Positions 54,102 through 63,294 of a stretch of 63,609 nucleotides of DNA are shown piece after piece. Source of the stretch: a bacterium (GTDB taxonomy: Bacteria; Bdellovibrionota_C; UBA2361; RFPC01); NCBI GenBank assembly GCA_022763385.1, contig JALEGQ010000174.1:1-63609 (forward strand). Reading direction: 5' to 3'. The translations under genes were made by a program, and so were the position numbers. The notes below the pieces were generated by a model, which was not told the origin of the DNA, ran no database searches, and was given only the letters and a program-made list of their open reading frames with translations. Each line of letters begins with the position of its first letter. Positions within the stretch are counted from its first letter, which is position 1.

Positions 54102-55309
54102 TGAGTCAGTCGTCGTCTCGCTCCCTTTTTCTTCTCACGGTGCCGCTCTTGGTCACCACTGTCCTCACGTTGTTAGCACCAATAGTGTTTCTCTTCCGAA
54201 CCGCGCTTTATGCGCCGGAGGTGTCTCGGGGACTTCCTCGTTTCGTAGCAGCACTTGAGGCAGACACTGCTGCTGTTCCACGAGAAGAAGTTTTTCGAGT
54301 GTTAGCGGAAGATCTTGGAAGAAGAAAGGAAACCTTCGAACACGGCATAGTTATTAAGCCTATTCGGCATCAGGATCTCGAGCTGTGGAAGATGTTGAAG
54401 GGGATTCTCCGTGTATTGCCAGAGGACCCCTCCATTGCAGAGATTTCCAGTTGGCAGAGATGGTTTTCGGAGCATGATTCTCGTTGGGAGAGCGCCAATA
54501 CCTGGCGAAGACTCCGGCGAGTGATACAGCCAGTGACAGATTTTTACCTTCTGGAGGCGATGGATCTCAAACGTGATGGGGAGAATGCTCTCGTTTGGCA
54601 GGAGAAGGAAAAGCAGCTCTTTCTGGGAGTGCTTCTGAATACCCTTGAGATCGGTGGAGTCGTTACCCTGCTCTGTCTTCTTCTCGGATATCCACTCTCA
54701 CTGTATCTCGCATCGCTCTCTTCCCGAACTGCTCGAATCCTCTTCCTCTTCGTATTACTTCCCTTTTGGACTTCTCTCCTTGTCAGGACCTACAGTTGGA
54801 TTTTACTGCTCCAACGAGAGGGGGTGGTGAATGGAATGCTGGCAGCGCTTGGTCTTGTTAGCGAGCCTCTTCCCCTCATGCACAATCGGTTCGCCGTCTA
54901 TGTCACGATGACCCACGTGTTACTCCCGTTCATGATACTTCCGCTTTTTGTTGTCCTCAGGAACATTCCTTCGCCGCTCACTACCGCTGCTGCCAGTCTC
55001 GGTGCAAGCCCGTGGAGGAGTTTTCTCACCGTCACCTTGCCGATGAGTGTTCCGGGGATTGCGGCCGGCTCTCTGCTCGTCTTTTCTATCGCCCTCGGAT
55101 TCTACATTACCCCAGCCCTGGTAGGAGGGAGTGAAGATACCATGTTGAGCCAACTGATCGCTCTGAACGTAAATTCTCTCCTCAACTGGGGCCGGGCAGG
55201 AGCGCTCGGAGTGATATTGCTTGGCACCGTTATGGTTCTTTTCTTGTCGGTGACCTTCGTCCTGCTGTCTCGCATGCGGTGGAATCCCCTTGCTGGAGAG
55301 CTTCGATGA
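54101..55309 (+). CDS. ABC transporter permease (PotB-like) with a ~150-aa loop between TM1 and TM2
   Basis: 402 aa. Permease core with AASLGASPWRSFLTVTLP (EAA-loop region). Extra soluble segment, residues ~35-185. Confidence 0.75.
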   Translation: MSQSSSRSLFLLTVPLLVTTVLTLLAPIVFLFRTALYAPEVSRGLPRFVAALEADTAAVPREEVFRVLAEDLGRRKETFEHGIVIKPIRHQDLELWKMLKGILRVLPEDPSIAEISSWQRWFSEHDSRWESANTWRRLRRVIQPVTDFYLLEAMDLKRDGENALVWQEKEKQLFLGVLLNTLEIGGVVTLLCLLLGYPLSLYLASLSSRTARILFLFVLLPFWTSLLVRTYSWILLLQREGVVNGMLAALGLVSEPLPLMHNRFAVYVTMTHVLLPFMILPLFVVLRNIPSPLTTAAASLGASPWRSFLTVTLPMSVPGIAAGSLLVFSIALGFYITPALVGGSEDTMLSQLIALNVNSLLNWGRAGALGVILLGTVMVLFLSVTFVLLSRMRWNPLAGELR

Positions 55310-56121
55310 AGAGGAGAGTGAGCTCATATTCTTTCTTCTCATCCAGTTTTGGTCGGCTGCTTCTCGGCCTCTATAGCTCTCTCGTACTTGCCTATCTCCT
55401 CCTCCCACTCATGGTGATCATCCCAATGGGGTTTAGCTCAGGAAAGTACCTTACCTTTCCCCCGCCTGGTTTTTCTGTGCAGTATGTACAAGAGGTCGTG
55501 CACTCTCCTCAGTGGACTTCTGCGATATGGAATAGCATTACGGTGGGAGTGGCTGCCACGGTGCTCTCCACCCTTTTCGGAACGATGGCAGCAATTGGAC
55601 TTGTCTGGGGTAGATTTCGAGGTCGGCTCCTCCTGTTCGGTTTCTTTCTTCTGCCGCTCCTGGTGCCCGTTGTTGTTTCCGCCACCGGCCTGTACCTCCT
55701 CTTTGCCAAGTTGGGGCTTCTCGGAACCTTTCTCGGAATGGTCCTCGCGCATGCCATGCTCGGTGCCCCCTTTGTTGTGATGGTCGTTTCAGCAACCCTT
55801 ACGGGATACGACCGACGGCTCATCAATGCTGCCTTTAGTCTCGGTGCTCACCCGTGGGGAGCATTCCGTACCGTAACCCTTCCGATTATCGCTCCAGGAG
55901 TTGTATCCGGAGCGCTTCTCTCATTCATGACCTCGTTCGATGAGGTTGTTGTGGCTCTCTTTCTCTCTGGTTCAGACTACCGAACGGTTCCGGTGCTGAT
56001 GTTTCAAGGAATACGGTTTGAGCTCGATCCCTCCATCGCAGCGGTCGGCACCCTTCTCCTTGCGGTTTCACTCCTCGCGATGATAACCGCAGAGCTCCTG
56101 AGGCGCAGAGCTCGGAGGTGA
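55306..56121 (+). CDS. ABC transporter permease (PotC-like)
   Basis: ATGA overlap start at 55306. AFSLGAHPWGAFRTVTLP EAA-loop region. Six hydrophobic helices. Confidence 0.75.
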   Translation: MKRRVSSYSFFSSSFGRLLLGLYSSLVLAYLLLPLMVIIPMGFSSGKYLTFPPPGFSVQYVQEVVHSPQWTSAIWNSITVGVAATVLSTLFGTMAAIGLVWGRFRGRLLLFGFFLLPLLVPVVVSATGLYLLFAKLGLLGTFLGMVLAHAMLGAPFVVMVVSATLTGYDRRLINAAFSLGAHPWGAFRTVTLPIIAPGVVSGALLSFMTSFDEVVVALFLSGSDYRTVPVLMFQGIRFELDPSIAAVGTLLLAVSLLAMITAELLRRRARR

Positions 56122-56215
56122 GTGATAATCTCCGTTCGGATCGTCCTACGAAGTTTTATGATCGAGCAAAGGATAGGGGTATTGCGACAGCATTCAGTAA
56201 AATTTCAGCTCTCAT

Positions 56216-56710
56216 TCAAGGGGAGTCAGACAAAGCCATAGCAAATCGGATAGCTGCTTCTCCAGGCCCGTAATAGTCTTCGATTTCTTCGATCGCATCA
56301 AATCCCAGTTTGCGGAATAGGGCTTGAGAAGGTTGATTCTCGGCAGTAATGATGGCAGTCACGGATTGCGCTCTACTGGCTGAGAAAAAACTCACCGCGC
56401 GCTCTACGAGTTGCTCACCGATTCCCATTCTGCGGTGAGTCTCTGAGATGGTGACGCTCAGGATGTGGCCGGAAATACCAGAAGCCTCAAATAATCCGAT
56501 CAGATATCCCGCCAATTTGCCGGAATGGTCTCGGGAAATGAGCACGGGATGGTTCAATTCTATAAGCTGCATAGGAAGCGGTTTTCCATTCGACCACTCC
56601 CCCCAAACATCCCGGCCGAGTTGTGCGATCGCCTTACAGTCTGACCGCTGAGCCATGTCAATGGAACATCGCTCTCTCTGATTGCGCTCAGGATCTGGGG
56701 ATAGATTCAT
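56216..56710 (-). CDS. GNAT-family N-acetyltransferase (RimI-like)
   Basis: 164 aa. Acetyl-CoA motif HRRMGIGEQLVERAV. Confidence 0.7.
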   Translation of the reverse strand: MNLSPDPERNQRERCSIDMAQRSDCKAIAQLGRDVWGEWSNGKPLPMQLIELNHPVLISRDHSGKLAGYLIGLFEASGISGHILSVTISETHRRMGIGEQLVERAVSFFSASRAQSVTAIITAENQPSQALFRKLGFDAIEEIEDYYGPGEAAIRFAMALSDSP

Positions 56711-56795
56711 AGGATTCTCCTCTGAAGTCTTACTATTCTCATCGTGCCTTCAGAAGACAGACATAGGCGGCTTCATACCTCTCTAACGTGCTCCG

Positions 56796-57362
56796 CTACG
56801 AGCGGAGACCACCCTCCTGCCACTCGGTTTTTAAGGAGTCCAGATCAACTTCTGGATTTAATGCCATGATATCTGAGTCTTCAAACGTTTTATGAAAGAT
56901 GCGCTGCATACTGCTCGTATCGTACTCCTCCTCATAATAGTCCTCAGCCCAGCACTGGTAATCTGAAAGGCTCCAGTCCATAACCTGTTCTAAGGTGATG
57001 AGATTCTTTACGTCAATTCCATGTTTTATCCAACGCTCGCCTTCTCGGTACCAAATACAAGAGGTCGAATCTATAGAGAAGGCCGGTTCATTCTTGAAGG
57101 GCTCATAGCTATCAGGGATTCTCGTGAGCACCTCAGAGATGTTCTCCAAAAGCCCATCTTCTGGACTTAGGCACTTGTACGCTCCAAGATCCTTACATGA
57201 CCAAAAAAACCATTCCCCTCCGCATCCATCGCGAAGCGACCCCATCTCCTCGGTCTCGGACCAATTAGCGTTATAAGAAAAATAGCGATACTCCCACTCG
57301 GGACAGAGTATCGAGTCGAGAATCGCCAATCTCTTCAACTGTCTTCGAATCTTCTCAATCAT
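56796..57362 (-). CDS. Hypothetical acidic cytoplasmic protein (immunity-protein-like; no family recognised)
   Basis: 188 aa, W/E/Y-rich, in the low-GC islet. Confidence 0.45.
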   Translation of the reverse strand: MIEKIRRQLKRLAILDSILCPEWEYRYFSYNANWSETEEMGSLRDGCGGEWFFWSCKDLGAYKCLSPEDGLLENISEVLTRIPDSYEPFKNEPAFSIDSTSCIWYREGERWIKHGIDVKNLITLEQVMDWSLSDYQCWAEDYYEEEYDTSSMQRIFHKTFEDSDIMALNPEVDLDSLKTEWQEGGLRS

Positions 57363-57462
57363 ATTTCCTCATCGTCAGTCTCTTGGCCTGAGTATTGGTT
57401 CCCCGTAATGCCGCTGTCCTTCCACAGTGAAAACCCTTTCTGTACGAACCGCTAGGTTTAAT

Positions 57463-58221
57463 CTATTGGCGATCGAGATTTTGCTTGGTAAACGTGTCGA
57501 CCTTGTACACAATCTCGGGGCTTCTCGGAACCTCGAAGGGGGCTCGAATTCGATAGACACAGTGCGTTCTGTCGTCAAAAAATCGAAACTGAATCTGAGC
57601 GACTCCAGAATTAGGAGGGCCGAGGGTCGAGCTTTCTGCCAATTTCATCCAACGGCTATTAGCTGCACATCTCTTGTATTCAATACCTACTGGTACTTGA
57701 GAAAGAGGAGTTCCAAGCGCTGATACGGTGATTCTTGCAGTACAGTCCACTCCTCCCTTGGGAACTTCATTCGACTGTCGAATGGTTCGTCGATTCTCGA
57801 AGAAAAAATCACATACGCCAACTATCTTTGCCTCCACCTCTAACTCGTCAACTTCGATCTCCTGCAATGTAGAGTTCACAGTAATCTCGAGAGCAATTCC
57901 TTGATTGGGATTATCGCCAATCTCGACACGTGTTACTGCCTCAAAGCCTGGTGTTTTGACCTCGAGCTGAATACTTGCGGTATTAATTTCACTCTCAAAA
58001 CTAAAATTACCAAGATCGCCAGTAATCGTTGTGTCACCGGTGTCTAAAATCGTGACTTCTGCTCCGACTACAGGAGTTTCAACTTCATCGACTACAGTGC
58101 CTTCAATGAGTCGTCGTTCAACAGTAGTCCCAGTGCCCCCGGATCCACCCCCACAACCGGTCAGTATGCCCATGACTATGAGAAGGAGAAAGACAATACC
58201 GTGATAATCTAGCAACTTCAT
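57463..58221 (-). CDS. Lipoprotein with a carboxypeptidase-regulatory-like beta-sandwich region
   Basis: 252 aa. Lipobox ILTGCGGGSGG. IEGTVVDEVETPVVGAEVTILDTGDTTITGDLGNFSFE pattern. Confidence 0.5.
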   Translation of the reverse strand: MKLLDYHGIVFLLLIVMGILTGCGGGSGGTGTTVERRLIEGTVVDEVETPVVGAEVTILDTGDTTITGDLGNFSFESEINTASIQLEVKTPGFEAVTRVEIGDNPNQGIALEITVNSTLQEIEVDELEVEAKIVGVCDFFFENRRTIRQSNEVPKGGVDCTARITVSALGTPLSQVPVGIEYKRCAANSRWMKLAESSTLGPPNSGVAQIQFRFFDDRTHCVYRIRAPFEVPRSPEIVYKVDTFTKQNLDRQ

Positions 58222-58222
58222 G

Positions 58223-59035
58223 TCAATCCTGCTCTTCTCGTTGATCAGTAGAGTAACTTATGCTGCCCAATGTTACTCGAGCTCCTCCTTCCTTGTCGTA
58301 GAGTTTCGGATTTATCTCTCTATCGAACTGAGAAATGAATTTTCTAGCCTGGGCATGAAATTGTGCTCCTTTCTCAAGAAGCCAGAGCTGAATCTTCGGT
58401 AGGGATTCCATGCAGATATCATCATACGAGGTTCGAATGTGAAGGTGAGGTACTGTGTTACGATCAAAAAGGTTTTCCTCGACACTGAGATAGAGATCTA
58501 GAGCATCATCAGCAAGAAAGGTTAGTCCTCCGGGAATATCGTCTGAGATGGAAAGTGCTCCCTCGTTCAGTTTTACTCCACGTGATGTGCGGGAGACTGC
58601 TTTAACTCTCTCTAGCTCAAAAAGAACGGTGTATGGATTAATATCTGTACTTATCTCATGAACAAGGTGAACGAAATCGCTATCTGAACCTTCATGCTGC
58701 AATATCCGAGGTTTTCCTCCTTTGGTGCAAAATTGTGGGTGGCTTTGCCAGTGGCCCATAATGCGTGCCAGCAAGCTTGCCTGTTTCTCCTCGCATGAGA
58801 TCTCTTTCAACCGCTTTATATCCTTTCTTTGAAGGCCGGTCATGACAGATAGCCGGCTGACGTTGACTGCTTCTTGCTGTCTTCTGAGTTCCTGCTCAGC
58901 AGCACTGGTAAAAGCTTGCTTCGCTGCATCCAGGAATTCCTGAAATCTCAATCCCCGCCGCACACATAATGTCGCCACCGGCTTGATGAGCCTCGGAAGA
59001 AACTCTCCCAATATGTCAGTACCTTCAGGATTCAT
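58223..59035 (-). CDS. DUF6502-like protein
   Basis: 270 aa. N-terminus LIKPVATLCVRRGLRFQEFLDAAKQAF...VSRLSVMTGLQRKDIKRLKE matches the pattern I recall for DUF6502. Confidence 0.5.
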   Translation of the reverse strand: MNPEGTDILGEFLPRLIKPVATLCVRRGLRFQEFLDAAKQAFTSAAEQELRRQQEAVNVSRLSVMTGLQRKDIKRLKEISCEEKQASLLARIMGHWQSHPQFCTKGGKPRILQHEGSDSDFVHLVHEISTDINPYTVLFELERVKAVSRTSRGVKLNEGALSISDDIPGGLTFLADDALDLYLSVEENLFDRNTVPHLHIRTSYDDICMESLPKIQLWLLEKGAQFHAQARKFISQFDREINPKLYDKEGGARVTLGSISYSTDQREEQD

Positions 59036-59080
59036 ACGATGTGTAAATTATCCACTATAATAAATAGCTTGGAAAGCCAA

Positions 59081-59200
59081 CAGCATCCCTTCAGAGGCTC
59101 GATATTTGCCTTCCTTCCGGGGGGGGGCTGCTCACCAAAAAGAACTGCACTTCGTGCTGCAAGCACACGCACATGTTTGATTCTGGTGAACGCTCTAGCC
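59081..59200 (-). repeat. Copy 2 of the intergenic element (70-nt module 59131-59200 inverted relative to copy 1, plus a 42-nt module at 59081-59122)
   Basis: See the alignment to 4981-5050. The 42-nt module matches 62323-62364 at 37/42 positions in direct orientation. Confidence 0.8.
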
Positions 59201-59728
59201 GTTATTGTGAGGGATAATCTCATAGATTCCGCTACTTGCCCAGCTACGAGAGGGGGCAGAGAAGTATAGACATGTACCCATAGAACATGTATGGTGGGCA
59301 AATAACCCATTAGCGATGTATGGCATCGCTATGAAGGGTGTTGATTGATAGGAATGAGGGTTAGTTTAGTGTTTTTGTCCTTGTTCTTATGTGTACGCAG
59401 ACCTCCCTTTGAAGAGGCGGAGATGTTTCGCTCAAAGGAAGATGGTGGGGGATCATGGGCAGGGATAAGATGTTGAAAGTAGGGAGGGGGATGCCTCCGT
59501 AGCGTTGCCCGAGTGATGTGACTAGCGCTCCTTCAGGTGCTAGTGTCTCGTCAGAAGAGTTTTTTCACTGTTGAAGGACCGCGGTATAACGAATCACTAG
59601 CGTTGTTGTCCCTCTGGGAGCCGTTTTCGGGCTTCGACCTGTACGGAGCGAGGTGCTCCGTAGGTAAAAAACGTTTTGGTCGCAGCACTGGTCTGTGAGG
59701 AATAAATGATGGCAGGAAGGGGACTCGA

Positions 59729-61096
59729 GTGAGTGACCTCCTGATGGAAAGAGGAATAGAGAAAATGCTAAGCAGATGCGAGTGTCAAGGAGATAACAGA
59801 GAGTTGTTGGGAGGGCGGACATCGTCTTCTCATTTGAAGTGGGGCGGCCGATTTGGTTTTTATCAGGTCTTGCTCGTCATGGTGATTCTGTCCTGTCTGC
59901 TGAATCAAGGTAAAGCTGAGGAGTTTGAGCATCTGTATGTGAGTGCCGGTGTCAGGGGAGAGCTCATCCAGCAGAATCTTCAGGGGGAGTGTGTTCCTCT
60001 TCAGCTCTCGGCAGATGGTGATGTAGTGCTGCTGGTTACGACCGCCCAGAACTTGACTGACAACGCGCCACCGCTTGGGATGCAGGGGTTCTACCTGTAC
60101 GATGTTCAAACCGAGATGTTCTCTCTCGTGAATCAGACTCCGAGTGGCGAGCCTTTTTCTGACGCAACAACTCTAGCTGCTTCGCTCTCAGCAGATGGAC
60201 AGCGGGTGCTGTTTTCTGTTCGTTCGTATGACCTAGCCACCCCTTCCGAAATGTATCTCTTTGACCTCTCGGTTGGAACGACGCGGCTTCTTCAGTCGGG
60301 CATCGTGGCAAAATCTGTTCGCCTCTCTGCCGATGGTCACTTTGCTGCGTTTTTCTCTCAGGAATCGAAGGGGTCGGATCTATTCTTCCAGATCATGAAC
60401 GTTGATACGGGTGAGATCGTATTCTCTTCATCCGCAATTCGGAGAAACAAGACAAGTGCGCTGTTTGAAATCAGTGATGATTTTTCACGAGCATATATAA
60501 ACTTCCAAAAGTCCTCTCGGCAGATGAAGACCATTTTGTATGATTTTGAGCGACAAACGCGAAGAGCATTTACTCTCAATAGGCGCCGACTGCCCCGGAA
60601 AGTAAGGAGAATTCGGAATTTTACTGGCGGCCTTTTGAATCGTGACGCGCAGAGCAAAATATTCTCTCCGAATACTGTTCTTGGACGTCGGAAGCGAAGA
60701 ATCGGCGTTCGGGGAACTCGGAAGAAGGTTGTACTTCAGAGGCCAGCGGTGGTTTCTCGCTTTTGGCCGTCTCCGTCCGCACAGGTTTCTTCTGATGGAA
60801 GATTTCTTGCGTTTTCTTCGGAGTCCAACACTGTCAATGGTCGCAGTAGTGAACTTGGCTCTGCTCAGCTCGCCGCGTATCGGTTCGATGGGAAGAAGGG
60901 AGTCGTTGAGCAATTTCAACGTTTTAACTCGTATCCGGCATATGCACTCTCCGTGCAATCATCGTTTTTTCCAAGGGAGCATAGTGTTCCGGTACTCTCC
61001 GCCGATGGCTCTACCGCAGCCTACCCCGGAGCATATCTCGCTGACTTTGAGCAACGGGAAGTGTGTTTCGGAATTACCCGTTTCCCGCGAGAGTAG
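59729..61096 (+). CDS. Secreted beta-propeller-like protein with recurring [LS]S[AS]DG (PD40/TolB-like) repeats and a K/R-rich insert
   Basis: 455 aa. LSADGDVVL, LSADGQRVL, LSADGHFAA, SSDGRFLAF and LSADGSTAA. RRRLPRKVRRIRN...GRRKRRIGVRGTRKK. Start uncertain (GTG at 59729 or ATG at 59744). Confidence 0.55.
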   Translation: MSDLLMERGIEKMLSRCECQGDNRELLGGRTSSSHLKWGGRFGFYQVLLVMVILSCLLNQGKAEEFEHLYVSAGVRGELIQQNLQGECVPLQLSADGDVVLLVTTAQNLTDNAPPLGMQGFYLYDVQTEMFSLVNQTPSGEPFSDATTLAASLSADGQRVLFSVRSYDLATPSEMYLFDLSVGTTRLLQSGIVAKSVRLSADGHFAAFFSQESKGSDLFFQIMNVDTGEIVFSSSAIRRNKTSALFEISDDFSRAYINFQKSSRQMKTILYDFERQTRRAFTLNRRRLPRKVRRIRNFTGGLLNRDAQSKIFSPNTVLGRRKRRIGVRGTRKKVVLQRPAVVSRFWPSPSAQVSSDGRFLAFSSESNTVNGRSSELGSAQLAAYRFDGKKGVVEQFQRFNSYPAYALSVQSSFFPREHSVPVLSADGSTAAYPGAYLADFEQREVCFGITRFPRE

Positions 61097-61260
61097 GAAG
61101 CGGAGGAAGAATAGAAGTAACCATTCAGCGAATGTAGTATAGAAGGCGATAATTACACTATTTCGGGGTATTTTGACCGATAGAAGAAAATAGCTTTTCT
61201 TGTCATCCCGGGTCGGGTATATCGTTTCTTCTGAATGGTTATGTGTCTTCACTCCCAAAG

Positions 61261-61285
61261 AGCCCCCTGAGGGGGCTTTCCCTCA
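61261..61285 (+). terminator. Rho-independent terminator
   Basis: AGCCCCC-TGA-GGGGGCT followed by a T-rich TTCCCTCATCATTT, 165 nt after the stop at 61096. Confidence 0.5.
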
Positions 61286-61338
61286 TCATTTATCAACTTA
61301 CTCACTGGAAACGGTTCAAAACAAGCTGAATAGTTACT

Positions 61339-61878
61339 ATGAATGAAGGAATTACGATAAGAGGGTGTCGATCTGGGGATGAGGATTCACTTGCTTTAAT
61401 AGGTCAGGCAACATTTCTTGAAACGTTTGCCGGTATTTTAAGCGGGAGTGCAATTGTTGAACACTGCTCAAGGGCACACTCAGCTGAACTATATCGTGAA
61501 TGGATTTCCGATCCGTGCTATTCACTTCGGCTGGTTGAAAAAGCTCCGGGAGGTGCGCCAATTGGATTTATGGTTCTCGCACCACCAGATCTGCCGATTC
61601 CCTTTACTGATTGTGACCTCGAACTGAAGCGAATATACCTTCTCAGTAAATTTCAAGGGGCAGGAATTGGTGGGCGGTTAGTTGAGACAGCTATTGACCA
61701 CTCAAGTGAGCAAGGGGTCAAGCGTTTGTTGCTTGGGGTGTATGCAAACAACATGAACGCCATTGGTTTTTATGAACGCTCTGGATTTCGCCAGATCGGT
61801 ACGCGGAAATTCAAAGTCGGAGGTGTCGATTATGATGATAACATCATGGAGAAAGTGATAGATATCGAACTCCCGTAA
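61339..61878 (+). CDS. GNAT-family N-acetyltransferase
   Basis: 179 aa. Acetyl-CoA motif FQGAGIGGRLVETAI. Confidence 0.75.
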   Translation: MNEGITIRGCRSGDEDSLALIGQATFLETFAGILSGSAIVEHCSRAHSAELYREWISDPCYSLRLVEKAPGGAPIGFMVLAPPDLPIPFTDCDLELKRIYLLSKFQGAGIGGRLVETAIDHSSEQGVKRLLLGVYANNMNAIGFYERSGFRQIGTRKFKVGGVDYDDNIMEKVIDIELP

Positions 61879-62322
61879 GGTGTGTCAGTGGCCCGACCTG
61901 ATCGGAAGTGAGGTTGGTGGAAGATTCATGTCATTTCTACTGGGCCGTGCTAATGCCTCGTCCCTTATGCCTCATAATAGATGTCTCTCCTCGAAAATAA
62001 CTACTCGCACTCGATGCGGGCAAAAACTCGCTTTATCTACGAGCTAAGAAGGGAAACTTAGCAATCGAGAGGTAATGCCGTTGGCGAACCCATGCTTGAT
62101 AGAGCGTTGATGTGAAGAAGTGGCGAGGTGTTCGCTCACAGGCGGATGGCTTTTCTTCGACGTCCTCGACGAGGACGTGAGCAATAGTGGTAGAGGAAAA
62201 TTTCGGCTCGTCTGCGGAGTGTCTCTGAAAAGCCCTCCGCCTGATAGACTCCTTTTCCGACAGAGCCTAGGCTCTGCGCGATTTTTCTCTTTTCTCAATA
62301 GAGACAGCCCCTTTGGGTCTGA

Positions 62323-62390
62323 CAGCATCCTTCCAGAGGCTCGCTATTTGCCTTTCCTCCGGGGCTAGAGAGCCTCCTTCGTTCAGTAGC
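62323..62390 (-). repeat. Copy 3 (shorter, diverged) of the intergenic element
   Basis: CAGCATCCTTCCAGAGGCTCGCTATTTGCCTTTCCTCCGGGG matches 59081-59122 at 37/42 positions. Followed by GCTAGAGAGCC...CTTCGTTCAG, reminiscent of the 70-nt module. Confidence 0.65.
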
Positions 62391-62439
62391 AATTGAAAAC
62401 AAAAACACTTAATGTTAGGTGACAATAGGGAGATTAACG

Positions 62440-63294
62440 ATGAAGCACCTTCCAAAAACGATTATCAGGCAACTTGTTGCGGACTCGAACCTCGGGCAAG
62501 AGATATCCGAGATTTTGGATGAGAATGGGGAGATGTATAAGAATGCCCAATCTGATCTTCATAAACGCATGATCAGTGCCCAGCACTTACTAAGTCTTGT
62601 CGCTTCTATTGTAAGTGACCATCCGAAGCTGGATAAAAAGTTCACGAGGGTTATCACAAAGGCAGAGGAGGAATATATGCCAAGTTACCCTCCTATGAGC
62701 CCGATCACTGAATCCTATTTTACTCTCTGGACTCTTTGTGATTTTGCAATCGATGTGGTTCCGCCGACCACAGCTGGCCAGTTCGTGCCCGCCTTTAGCC
62801 AAAGGTTTAAGCTCCCTGGGCAAGTTGTATCTGACTGTCGTGCGATATCAGATAGCAGAATGGGATTCTATGAGGTGATTTCCCAGAAGAAAAGCATCGT
62901 TGAGGCAAGGGAAATTCCGACTCAAGAACCAATCACTTTTGAGTGTCACTCGGGATATGAGGGGAGAGAAGGAGAGATCTGGTTCTTGCGTATTGGGAAG
63001 TTGCCTCCCGGAAATATTTCTCTGACTACTCCTTATGTTATTCAGCAGCCAATGGTACGGCCAGATATAGAAGCCTTTTTTGAAAGGCAGGGGATCTCGA
63101 GTAGCGTGAGCGGAGATGACAAGAAATTCCGTCGCCTAATGAAAAGACCTAAAGAGAAGAACTTTTGGCATGAGTATATTTTTTGTGGGTACACTGGGTA
63201 TGAATCGGGAGCAGTTTTTCTTACTGGAGTTCCGGATATCCCGGAAACTCTTCCGCACTCAGGCAGTTTTGTGTCAAAGCAGGCAGCCTGCTAG
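62440..63294 (+). CDS. Hypothetical protein
   Basis: ORF 62419..63294. The ATG at 62440 is preceded by GGGAG. No recognised motif. Low-GC islet. Confidence 0.5.
   Translation: MKHLPKTIIRQLVADSNLGQEISEILDENGEMYKNAQSDLHKRMISAQHLLSLVASIVSDHPKLDKKFTRVITKAEEEYMPSYPPMSPITESYFTLWTLCDFAIDVVPPTTAGQFVPAFSQRFKLPGQVVSDCRAISDSRMGFYEVISQKKSIVEAREIPTQEPITFECHSGYEGREGEIWFLRIGKLPPGNISLTTPYVIQQPMVRPDIEAFFERQGISSSVSGDDKKFRRLMKRPKEKNFWHEYIFCGYTGYESGAVFLTGVPDIPETLPHSGSFVSKQAAC

Noticed and set aside
4981-59200. Inverted copies of the 70-nt element as terminal inverted repeats of a 54-kb mobile element
   Set aside because: The interior is dominated by core genes (msbA-waaA-lpxK, leu operon, ilvC, ridA) at core GC content. 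No integrase or transposase is present. A third copy lies outside the pair. The copies more likely mark separate small islets.
62097-62140. Fourth copy of the repeat element (GATAGAGCGTT identical to 4982-4992, then GTGGCGAGGTGTT resembling GTGCGAGTGTTT)
   Set aside because: Only an 11-mer plus a loose match, with the central 16 nt missing. This could be chance or a badly eroded copy and is not strong enough to call.
62479-62496. tRNA-like GCGGACTCGAACCTCGGG
   Set aside because: It lies inside the 62440..63294 coding frame (VADSNLGQ), and the flanks do not form a cloverleaf.
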